32,000 nt of DNA. Source: an uncultured archaeon (GTDB lineage: Archaea; Asgardarchaeota; Jordiarchaeia; Jordiarchaeales; Jordiarchaeaceae). Below, one piece after another: positions 9,237 through 18,014 of this stretch. Below the pieces are notes generated by a model that saw nothing but the letters and a program-made list of their open reading frames with translations, made no database searches and was not told where the DNA came from. A program made the translations under genes and the position numbers. Numbering within the stretch: position 1 is the first letter of the stretch; each line of letters starts with the position of its first letter. The stretch spans positions 30,001-62,000 of the forward strand of contig CAZECW010000193.1 in the NCBI GenBank assembly GCA_964510585.1, read 5' to 3'.

Positions 9237-10353
9237 TTAGGCTAATTCCATTAGGTTGAGATAATATTCGCTTTCTCCATTCTGTACTATTTCTTGGATT
9301 ATTTTTCCTATTTTTTCTCCTACTCCGGGGATTTTGGTTATTTTTTCTTCTTTTGTGAGTTTGACTATGTCTTGCGTGGTTTTGAAAATTTGATTTGCGG
9401 CTTTTCGATAGGCGCTTCCCCTTTTTCCGGTTATGTCTAGGAAGTATGCTATTTGTTGGAGTAAGTGTGAGCATTCGTCTTTGATTGGGATTTTTCCATG
9501 GAAAAGTTTATGGGGAATTCTTAGTGGGATTTCATACTTTCTGCATGCTTCAAGAACGGTGCTGTTTATTTTTTGGTTGTATTCTTCGTTTGCGTGGTAT
9601 CCTTGTTCACTGCATATCTGGCTGTACTTTGGGATTAGTTCCGGATGTTTTTCTTGCAGTTTTTGGTAGTAGTATTTTTTCTGGCGATCCCTGAGCATCA
9701 AGCCTCCTGCAATGATGAAGCTGGCTCCCTCCATTTTGGCCCTGGAAACAAGTTTTTCGATGGATTCTGTGCTATCTGAAATAAAGGGTAAGATGGGCAT
9801 TATCACCACTCCTGTTGGAACTCCCATTTTTGAAAATTTTCCAATTACTCTGAGTCTTTCTTCTGGTGGGGAGGCTTGGGGCTCCCAGGTTTTCCAAACT
9901 TCGTCCTCAAGGCTGGTGATGGAGAAGGCTACTATGGCTAGGTTTTGCCCGTTTATTTCTCCTATTAGGTCGATGTCCCTCTCCACTAGGCTGGACTTGG
10001 TTAGAATGAAAATGGGGAAATTTAATTCTTTTATTGCCTCAAGCACCCTGCGGGTTACCTCATACTTTTTTCCAGGGGCTGGTATGAATCACCTATCCCT
10101 CCACCCACAGCCACGATTCCTTTTTCCCTGTTTCTCAGTTCTTTTTTCACAAGTTGGGGGGCGTTGACCTTTATGTAAATCTTGCTTCCAATGTCCAAAT
10201 CCAAATAGTACCTTTCAGACCTTCCATCGCAATATTCACAGGCATGCTGACATCCCCGGTAAATATTCATAGCATATTTTCCAGAAACCAACCATCGGCA
10301 TAATTCCTCTCAAGAAGAATACTCCTAGGCTCAGTTAAAACTTCTATAGGCAT
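9237..10353 (-). pseudogene. SplB/Rv2578c-like radical SAM protein with C-terminal PolX-type helix-hairpin-helix domain; broken by two 1-nt frameshifts
   Basis: ATG10353 gives MPIEVLTEPRSILLERNYADGWFL, then a frameshift near 10278 leads to KYAMNIYRGCQHACEYC...DSYQPLEK, then a frameshift in an A6 run near 10066-10071 leads to YEVTRRVLEAIKEL...LTKS. The C-terminus reads AYRKAA...IPGVGEKIGKII. It may be a pseudogene or a read error. Confidence 0.8.
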
Positions 10354-10467
10354 AACTTACTTGGCTCCCAAACAACTTTAGAAAACCATTTTTAGCCACA
10401 ATGAAGCAAATTCAAACGTGAAAAATATTTGAAAAAGAAGGTTATATGTTCTAAGTGTTTTCTGGGG

Positions 10468-10992
10468 CTAGTAGGTTTCCCAATGTATCATTTCTTCCAG
10501 GGGTCTTCTTCTGGGCGGGGTTTCGGGTCTCTTTGAGGGGTAGCCTAGTGCCAAGATGCTGAATGGCTCCACATGTTCGGGGATTTTTAATAATTCTCTT
10601 ATCGCTTTTTTGTCAAGCACAGAGTCCCAGCAGGTTCCTAAACCTAATCCGTGGGCTGCGAGCATCATGTTCATTATGGCTGCGGAGGCGTCCATAGGGG
10701 TATAGAATTGGCGGGCGTTCTCGTATCCCTTAGTGTACTTGTTCTGGTTAACGCAAACCACTAATGCTACTGGGGAATCCTTTAGGTAGGGGGCGTAGCC
10801 GGATAAGGAAGCCAGTTTCTCCCTCATTTCCTGACTGGAAACTACTATCACCTCTATGGGTTGACGGTTACCCGCTGTGGGTGCCCATCTGGCTGCGTTA
10901 ACAATTTTTTCTATGATTTCTTTGGAGACAGGTTTGCTTCGGTCATAGTCCCTTATACTTCTCCTATTTTCTATGGCTTCAAAAATATCCAT
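10468..10992 (-). CDS. Nitroreductase family protein
   Basis: RRSIRDY, APTAGNRQP, MMLAAHGLGLGTCW and LALGYP motifs. Confidence 0.93.
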   Translation of the reverse strand: MDIFEAIENRRSIRDYDRSKPVSKEIIEKIVNAARWAPTAGNRQPIEVIVVSSQEMREKLASLSGYAPYLKDSPVALVVCVNQNKYTKGYENARQFYTPMDASAAIMNMMLAAHGLGLGTCWDSVLDKKAIRELLKIPEHVEPFSILALGYPSKRPETPPRRRPLEEMIHWETY

Positions 10993-11027
10993 TTCTTTTT
11001 CCCTTCTTTAGAATAATATTTTAACAT

Positions 11028-12518
11028 TTATCTCATGTAGGGGGTTATATCTTTTTTTGCAGCTAAAACAACCATGTTGGCTAGTTCTTGAAGGTTTTTA
11101 ACTGGGTAGCATTCAGCCCCTGCCTGAATATAATAGTCTACTACGGAGTCGCCGGTGTTCCAGAACTTGGGATCTTCAGGGTTTAGAATCATGAGTCTTT
11201 TTGAAATTTTGGCAAGTTTAGCTATTTTTTGGGCCGAGAGAGGGTATCCTCTTAGGCTGCCGTAGAGTTCTCTTCTTCCGAGGTAGTCTCTGCAATCGCT
11301 TAGAATGATTACCGTGGTTTTCTTGGTTATGGTTCCCTCCGTTTTTTTGAGAAAGTCCTCGAAGGCTGTTTCCATGTTGCTGCTTCCTCCTCCCCGGTAA
11401 ACATCCCACCAGTGGCTAATCTCTTGGAACAGCCTCTCAACCATACCCGTATCCAGTGCCTTGGTCACAGCCCAGCAGTGATCTGTGAAAATGTAGCCCC
11501 TAACTTCACTGAAGGCCTTTTTGATTCCCAACATTAAAGTTATAAAAAAGTCGGATATCCATTCGCAGCTCCCAGAAACATCACAGAGCAGTACAATTTC
11601 TGGCCTTTGAATCTTTCTCATCTTGTAATCCAGCTTGACCATTACTCCCCCATACTCAAGGGACTTGCGAATTGACTTGCGAATATTTATCTTACCTCTA
11701 TCCGCAAGTTTCTCTCTTCTTGAAAGCCTGGATGCCAGCTGCTTTGCCAGTTTCTTTATGGTTCTCTCAATTTTTTCCACATTACTCACAAGAAAAACCA
11801 AGTCTCCCACATACTTGTTAAATTCCAGCTCCTCAATGTTTTGATAATCCAGTTTCACGAGTTTAGAAATGAGTTCCTCCAGAGGATACTCTCCCCTAAA
11901 CAATTCAAGAAATTTCCTCTGCGCAAAAGTTAGAACTTTCTCAATTCTCTCCAAATAGTCCTTAAAATCGGTGGGTTCATCCAGAGCCCATCCAGAGTAA
12001 AGCTTCATATACTCTATAAAATTTTTAAGCATCTTAGCAAAGGTGTCAGGGTCCTTGGTTTTGCTGAGGATTCGCTCCACAAGTTGGTCGGCGGCTCCCT
12101 CCAAATCATTTTCATCAATTGCCATACCTATCCCTCGGATACCACCAAACCTTGCCAAAACCTCCCGTCTTTGTCCTTGCTGGTCTCGCTGCTGAGGCTC
12201 AGTCTGCTGGTCTCCCTCCTGCGATGGTCTCTCTGTTCTCCGCTCCTGTCTCTCACCTTCGGAAAACAAGTCTCTTAATTGAGAGGGTGCTTTAGGTGTT
12301 CTTTTATTTTCCTCCATTATGTTGCAGAAATAGAGGTCGAAGATGCGGTCAAAATCTGGCCTGTCTGCTTCATCCTTTATGAGGCAGGCGGCTAAACCTT
12401 CCCTCATCACTTCCTTATCTATGTCTAGTAGTGTGAAGGCTCTGCAGGCGTCTATGGTCTCCGCTAAACCTACCCGAATGTTCCTTTCGCGAAGAAGCCT
12501 TACAAAGCCCTCAATCAT
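11028..12518 (-). CDS. VWA-domain CoxE-like protein
   Basis: N-terminal LR...I.VGLAE.IDA, GKINIRKSIRKSL.YGG, MIDAS motif DVSGS and ILSD. It lies directly downstream of the MoxR gene. Confidence 0.88.
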   Translation of the reverse strand: MIEGFVRLLRERNIRVGLAETIDACRAFTLLDIDKEVMREGLAACLIKDEADRPDFDRIFDLYFCNIMEENKRTPKAPSQLRDLFSEGERQERRTERPSQEGDQQTEPQQRDQQGQRREVLARFGGIRGIGMAIDENDLEGAADQLVERILSKTKDPDTFAKMLKNFIEYMKLYSGWALDEPTDFKDYLERIEKVLTFAQRKFLELFRGEYPLEELISKLVKLDYQNIEELEFNKYVGDLVFLVSNVEKIERTIKKLAKQLASRLSRREKLADRGKINIRKSIRKSLEYGGVMVKLDYKMRKIQRPEIVLLCDVSGSCEWISDFFITLMLGIKKAFSEVRGYIFTDHCWAVTKALDTGMVERLFQEISHWWDVYRGGGSSNMETAFEDFLKKTEGTITKKTTVIILSDCRDYLGRRELYGSLRGYPLSAQKIAKLAKISKRLMILNPEDPKFWNTGDSVVDYYIQAGAECYPVKNLQELANMVVLAAKKDITPYMR

Positions 12519-12530
12519 GTCTGGTAACCT

Positions 12531-13451
12531 TTACCCTTTTTCGCCGTTCAAGTCGAGAAGGTTCTCAATACCTTTACGGGCCACCAGGTCTATGTCACTC
12601 TTAACCTTAAGAAGAGTCGAAAGGAGAGAGTTAACAGTATCCGGATCCAACTCACTTTTACCGATAGCTATGAGAGATCTGGCGAAGTCAATGGACTCCG
12701 CAATGGAGGGAACCTTTTGCAGCCTCATGCTTCGCAGATTCTCCACAAAACTCAATATATTATCCACAAATTCATCATACAGCTGGGGACAGTTGAGAAG
12801 TATAATCCTTTTTTCCAAATCCCTTGGGGGATAGTCCAAGTAGAGGTGTAAGCACCGCCTTTTCAAAGGCTCAGACAATTCCCTCGAACTATTAGAAGTC
12901 AGCACAGTAATAAGTTTCTGGTTCGGAGGAGCCCTCACGGTTCCCAATTCCGGAATCGTGATTTGCCGCTCGCCAAGGAGTTCAAGAAGGAAGGCTTCGA
13001 ATTGCTCGTCGGCCTTATCAATCTCATCTATGAGAAGCACCGCTTCAGGAGACTTTAAAGCGGTTAACAAGGGGCGTTCCAAGAGGTACTCCTCAGAAAA
13101 AATTGATTTTTCACCCCCATCATTACCTTTAAGATGGTTCATCTGAATCCTGAGAAGCTGCTTATGATAGTTCCACTCATAAATTGATTGTTCAGGAAGA
13201 ATCCCCTCATAGCACTGAAGCCTAATCAGCGGAAAGCCAAACAGCTTCGCGGTGCAAACACCCAGATAGGTTTTACCGCAACCCGCAGGACCCTCCACCA
13301 GAATCGGCTTATCAAGCTGGAAAGCCAGAAAAAGAGTGGTAACTACCTTCCGATTAGGCAAATAACCGACACTCACAAGTCCATCTTCAATATCCTTAGG
13401 CTTAAGCCTCACTGGATTTTCCAAAAGTTCTCTCGGAAGCAAACCCGCCAT
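12531..13451 (-). CDS. MoxR-family AAA+ ATPase (CoxD-like)
   Basis: Walker A GPAGCGKT, RLQCYEG, YEWNY.KQLL, Walker B LLIDEIDK, TSN..RELSE.LKRRC and K.PSIAES. ATG13451 is preferred over the ORF-track start at 13472. Confidence 0.92.
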   Translation of the reverse strand: MAGLLPRELLENPVRLKPKDIEDGLVSVGYLPNRKVVTTLFLAFQLDKPILVEGPAGCGKTYLGVCTAKLFGFPLIRLQCYEGILPEQSIYEWNYHKQLLRIQMNHLKGNDGGEKSIFSEEYLLERPLLTALKSPEAVLLIDEIDKADEQFEAFLLELLGERQITIPELGTVRAPPNQKLITVLTSNSSRELSEPLKRRCLHLYLDYPPRDLEKRIILLNCPQLYDEFVDNILSFVENLRSMRLQKVPSIAESIDFARSLIAIGKSELDPDTVNSLLSTLLKVKSDIDLVARKGIENLLDLNGEKG

Positions 13452-13939
13452 AAATCCCACCAACAGAACCAAATATAAGACTAAACGGAACAGTATTTTT
13501 AAACAAGCTATAAATCTATCTACAACATTAAAAAACTACAAGAAACACAGGAAAACATTGAGTCAGAAACACAACACCAAACACAGCAAATAAAAAATCT
13601 TTGCAAACACAATTAAGAAACACAAGCAAATTTATAGCCACACTTGCTCCAGCTTTCATGGAAGGCACTTTCTCTTCCATATTCGAGAGGGCCAATTACA
13701 CCTGCGACGTTTTTCACCCATAGACACAGATCTGTCCCCTTTTTTGAGGGCTGAAAAATCAGATATCTGGTTATCAACGCTTTACCTAAAAAAAGAAGCC
13801 GCACTCTGCTCATTGGGAAGGTCTCTGGGTGGTTCCAGACGTACACCTTTCTTGTGTTTGTGTTTGTTTGGCTTCACTGAGGACTCGTTTAAAAGGATTT
13901 TAGAAAAAGGGGGAAGGGAAGACTTAATTCTTGTGGTTC

Positions 13940-14500
13940 TTATTTTTTCAGGAGTTCTTTCCTCCTTTCTTCTAGTTTCAGGAGTTCTTTCCTCCTTTCT
14001 TCTAGAAGTTGAAGGATTTTGTCTCTGTCTTTGGGAAATGTTTTGTAAGGTATGAACCATATTAGAAAGCAGATTGTCCATGGAATTACTGTTGTCCAAA
14101 GCATAGCTGTTGTCAGTGATTGTCCAGAAAGCGTGAATAATACAAGCAGGAAAGGTAGCGGGAGGATACCAAGCCAGTAACCCATGTAAGGCGTTATGGT
14201 CTGCATTGTTAAGCCGGCTATTCCCCCGTTGAGAGTATCTGCAAGCCATCCTACAAACACAGCTGCGACAGCTGCAAATCCCCCCTCAAACATTTGTTCT
14301 ATGGAGAAGGCGGTGCTTCTTATTTCTGGTTTGGTTACCATAGCAACCAAGGGTTGAACTGCGGCAGGGCCAGACCAACTACTCAGAATCGCTGCGATGA
14401 AGGCCAAAATTGTGTATTCTGTTATTGACAGGGGCAAAACTAGAATCAAGAATATTAAAGGAATACCGGAGAAAACAGAAATCTGAGTTACAAAACCTTG
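13940..14500 (-). pseudogene. C-terminal fragment of an MFS transporter; 5' half missing at the mobile-element junction
   Basis: The frame stays open from about 14500 (..VTQISVFSGIPLIFLIL..) through P.IRSTAFSIEQMFEGG to IPW..CF..W...YKTFPKDR. No N-terminal half was found in the window. Confidence 0.75.
13946..14005. repeat. Perfect 2 x 30-bp tandem duplication
   Basis: tttcaggagttctttcctcctttcttctag occurs at 13946-13975 and again at 13976-14005. It encodes LEERRKELLK twice on the - strand. Confidence 0.97.
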
Positions 14501-14502
14501 GT

Positions 14503-14767
14503 GAGAAAGCCCCCGACTTCAAGTCGTGGGGATGAATCGCCAGAAAGTTTATTTGAAAGTAGGGTATATAAATAGTTGTTGGTAGCTGAAGGGTTTGGCT
14601 TGGGCTTAAGAGGCTAAACAAGATGCAGCCCCCATGAGGGTGCCAACATAGACGCCGTTCCCCTGAGGGAAGGGCGTGTTAACTGGGTGATGGCACACCC
14701 ATTGCTTCGAAGGCTCCCGATGAGCCAGAAGCAAGAATCTCCCGACTTTAGTCACGGAGAGTGTCAA
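14503..14767 (+). mobile_element. Non-autonomous IS200/IS605-type mini-element (PATE-like); no tnpA or tnpB
   Basis: Left subterminal hairpin CCCCGACTT-C-AAGTCGTGGGG at 14511-14531. Related right hairpin TCTCCCGAC-TTTA-GTCACGGAGA at 14738-14760, ending in ...GTGTCAA. No terminal inverted repeats or target duplication. The left boundary is approximate. Confidence 0.75.
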
Positions 14768-14787
14768 TTTTTGCATCGCCTGAAATA
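14595..14787 (+). ncRNA. Candidate TnpB omegaRNA (reRNA) scaffold plus flanking guide
   Basis: A TATATAAA box at 14565-14572 is followed by stacked hairpins (CCC-ATGA-GGG; ACGCC..TTCCC-CTGA-GGGAA..GGCGT; GGGTG..CACCC; GGCTC..GAGCC) and then the right-end hairpin. The boundaries are inferred. Confidence 0.45.
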
Positions 14788-14800
14788 GTTATATGTCGGA

Positions 14801-16005
14801 GGCCTGTACCCTACCACTACGCTTTCAGGCTACTCAATGTACAGAGTTTTACCCTCTACAGCTTTGGGAACACTCCCTATGCTCTTGATTTCGGCGCCCA
14901 TTCCACTAGTGGACGAAATCTGCACCAACGTCAAAAGCGTAGTTCTTCGAGCGGCGATTAGTGAAGAGCAGAAGGGTACAGCACAAACAGCCACTTGCCG
15001 GAGAGGAAGAGACCTCGGTCAGCGACGAGGACCGAGGCTCATTGTGGAACCGCGTGATCAGGGAAACAAGAAGTCAGCACCTCAGAGGGCACTATCTCCT
15101 CGCCGACAAAATCGCCACAATCCTGGGACTCCATAGAGGCCTTTAAAAAGAGGAGTAGAAACACTGCTATAAAACCCCTTGAGAAGCTTGCTGCGATGCT
15201 CATTGTGAAGGAGACGGCGAACCTGAGCTTCGAGAAGCTTCACATGGAGGCGAGAGCCACAAAGCTACGATGCCCAAAACAGACCAGGCGGAGGAAAAGG
15301 ATTACAAAGGCCACGGAGTCTCCTGCCAGTACCAACAGAACTGGGCAAAGACCAAAATCCCAGAGGAGTGCCTCCAAAAGACCCTTATGCTTCTAGATCA
15401 GATGGTTGCCCAGATGTACGCGGAGCGCTCTTAGGAGATGAAAATCTTGAAGAATACAGCATGTCCTCAAAAATGGTACACCTGCATCCTCCTTAGAGAA
15501 GTCCGGGTTGCCATGAGGATTATTCTTCGACACCAAATAGTCAGATACAATATTTTGACTAGGCTAGCAACGAACACTGTAGGGACTATAGACGCCCCAC
15601 TGCTGAAGAATACGAGGGGTGCAAGAACCCTTCTGGAACAGGTACCACCAGGCTCAACCGTCTATATGGACTGTGAGTAAGGTGTCGAGTACAAATATCT
15701 GCATTCTCACAGGGGAGAGTACTCCTCATTTTGTGTCTTAAAGCAGTACCGGGAATGCCCTATAAGGGATACTCCGTTGCCAAGCTCAGAAGAACTTTGA
15801 CTGGGAGAGATACCGCCGCTGTGAGCTTGCTTGGGAGACCCATGGGAGATAGGTGTGGCGAGGGACGGTGGCACGCTGAAGTACCGGAGGCTAGACAAGG
15901 TATGAAGTTGTCTTACTCTCAGGTACATAGCTCACAATGTTAATGTGTGGTTCACGCAACGAGCAATACTCTTCAGCAGATACAAACTTGGTAGGTGTAC
16001 AGGAC
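14801..16005 (+). mobile_element. Degenerate IS5-like DDE insertion sequence (about 1.2 kb) with a fragmented transposase
   Basis: Imperfect terminal inverted repeats ggcctgtaccctacca (14801-14816) and tggtaggtgtacaggac (15989-16005). Transposase-like pieces occur in shifting frames: LAAMLIVKETANLSFEKL, KIPEECLQKTL, LLEQVPPGSTVYMD, FDWERYRR and YIAHN. Confidence 0.65.
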
Positions 16006-16339
16006 AGTACGTATAGGAGCCCAGAGCAGTTGTCACTGTCTGACCGCTCGGCTCAGTCGTCACGACAGCATAGCATCCGAATGGGAAGTGAATGAGGGGA
16101 AACAGAAACACTGTATGGGCTCAAGCAAAACTAATAAGCGTATAAGTACATCAATCTTTTTACATGTTTTCACGGAAGAAAAAAAGACAAAAATATCTTC
16201 CTCTTTGGGAAAAGGTAGGCAGAAAAGCTAGATCTACTTCCTGAGCTGGACAACAAAATACTGCAACTAACTCCAAAAAACCAAAAAGGAAACAAACAAC
16301 CAACAAACAAAAAATAAATTAAAAATTAGGGAAGGAGAC

Positions 16340-16729
16340 TCACTCAGTCTCCATGTCAACGATCCATTCCATAGCCTTCCGATCCGAAGTAGCCAGCTCA
16401 TACTCTGTAGTCATCGTAAGGGCATCTCTAGGGCAGCTCTCGACACACTGTTCGCAAAACAAGCAGCGACCTAGGTCTACTCGTGGTAGTTTGCCCGCCT
16501 TATTCTTCAATTCTTCTGGATACTCTTTTGGCCAGTCTATCATTTCGATGGCTGCGGATGGACAGTCCTTAGCGCATGTGCCACAACCGACGCATCTTTT
16601 GAGGTATAATATGTGTCTTCCTCTGAGGCGTTCGAATGGTGGTAGTTTCTCGAATGGGTAGAATATTGTGAATGGTTTTTTTGGAAGGTTTTTTAGTAGT
16701 TCGGGTTCCATTGCTCCTGGTATGGGCAT
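16340..16729 (-). CDS. NuoI/MbhN-like 2[4Fe-4S] subunit of membrane-bound hydrogenase
   Basis: T..YPFEK...R.RGR, CVGCGTCAKDCP, CLFCEQCVESCP and T.EYELA motifs. Confidence 0.92.
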   Translation of the reverse strand: MPIPGAMEPELLKNLPKKPFTIFYPFEKLPPFERLRGRHILYLKRCVGCGTCAKDCPSAAIEMIDWPKEYPEELKNKAGKLPRVDLGRCLFCEQCVESCPRDALTMTTEYELATSDRKAMEWIVDMETE

Positions 16730-16742
16730 TTTTTCACGCTCC

Positions 16743-17993
16743 TTATATGAGTAGTGTTATCCATATTAGTAGGTTGTAGGTTGCTTGCCACTTGAATAGG
16801 TCGAAGTAGAATACAAGTTGAAGTATGAGTATGTTTAGGAATGCTAGTGGAATCAGATATTTCCAAGAGCCTCGGACTACTTGGTCTATTCTGAATCTTG
16901 CGAAGAGTGTTCTTAGGTTGGCTATTAAGAATATGATTGCGAATACTTTTATTAGGAACCATATGGTGCCGATTATGTATCCCAGTGGGAAGGCTCCCAT
17001 TATTCTTTCTATTGTGGTTAGTCCTATTTCGCTTCCCGGGCCCCAGGGGCCTCCTAGGAATAGGGCTGCTGCTAGTCCCGCTGCCCATAGGTATTCGAGG
17101 TCGTTGGCTAGTCGGAATAGGGCTAGTTTTCTGCCTGATATTTCGGTTTGCCACCCCGCTACTATTTCTGTGTGTGCTTCTGGAATGTCGAAGGGTACTT
17201 TTTCAAGTTCTGCCATTTGGGAGATTATGAGTACTGCGAATGATATTGGTGCTACCAGTATGAAGGGTATGCCTATGGTTTGTTGGGCTTGGGTTATGTT
17301 TGCTATAGTTAGGACTGAGAATATTGTGGGTGTAGTTATAGGGGCTATTCCGAGGACTGTGTTTAGGAGGTTGTTGACTTGTACTGGTACTGAGTAGTAG
17401 TAGGCCACGATTATTGCTGGTGTTAGAGTTGATAGTACTAGTGGGATTTCGTAGGCGATGAGTTGCATTCCTGCTCTGGCTGTTCCTACTTCACTGAATC
17501 TGTCGATTGAGAACCAGCCGGTTAATATGATTGCTAGGACGTAGATTGTGGAGAGGAATAGTAGTACTATGAGGTCTCCTTCAAAGCTTATGATGCCTGC
17601 GCTTCTGTAAACGGGGATGAACATGAGCATTACCAGTGATAACGTTAGGGCAAAGATTGGTGTTGCCGCAAGGCTGCGGGCTTCTGCGCCTTTGTGCACT
17701 ATATCTTCTTTGGCTAGAAGTTTTATTATGTCCGCTAATGGCTGCAGAATCCCGTGGTACCCGGTGTGGAATGGTCCTACCCGGTTTTGTAATCTGGCGT
17801 ATATTTTTCGGTCGTACCATTCTGCAAAGAGTGAGACGACGCTTACGAATAGTATGCCTGGGAATATGAGTATTTTGAATAGGTCCAGTGGAAGGTTTAC
17901 TTGTTGCTGGAGTAAGTATTGGATCAGTGTGATGAGGTTGCTATATTGTGGGAATAGGTATAGTATTATGTACCAGAATAGGTCAACTGCCAT
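16743..17993 (-). CDS. NuoH/MbhM-like membrane subunit with loop insertions
   Basis: DRKIYARLQNRVGP, GILQPLADIIKLL.KE, RAGMQLIAYE, KVPFDIPEA..EIVAG..TE.SG and R.RIDQ motifs. ATG17993 or GTG18002 could be the start. Confidence 0.92.
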   Translation of the reverse strand: MAVDLFWYIILYLFPQYSNLITLIQYLLQQQVNLPLDLFKILIFPGILFVSVVSLFAEWYDRKIYARLQNRVGPFHTGYHGILQPLADIIKLLAKEDIVHKGAEARSLAATPIFALTLSLVMLMFIPVYRSAGIISFEGDLIVLLFLSTIYVLAIILTGWFSIDRFSEVGTARAGMQLIAYEIPLVLSTLTPAIIVAYYYSVPVQVNNLLNTVLGIAPITTPTIFSVLTIANITQAQQTIGIPFILVAPISFAVLIISQMAELEKVPFDIPEAHTEIVAGWQTEISGRKLALFRLANDLEYLWAAGLAAALFLGGPWGPGSEIGLTTIERIMGAFPLGYIIGTIWFLIKVFAIIFLIANLRTLFARFRIDQVVRGSWKYLIPLAFLNILILQLVFYFDLFKWQATYNLLIWITLLI

Positions 17994-18014
17994 TTTTACC
18001 ACCCTTTACTCTTT

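Noticed and set aside
10055-10291. Programmed -1 ribosomal frameshifting or hidden introns in the radical SAM gene
   Set aside because: There is no in-frame X XXY YYZ heptamer and no extra sequence or hairpin. A single missing base at each site restores the family pattern.
12160-12260. Q/E/R-rich quasi-repeat in the VWA gene
   Set aside because: It is an ordinary low-complexity linker with no regular repeat unit.
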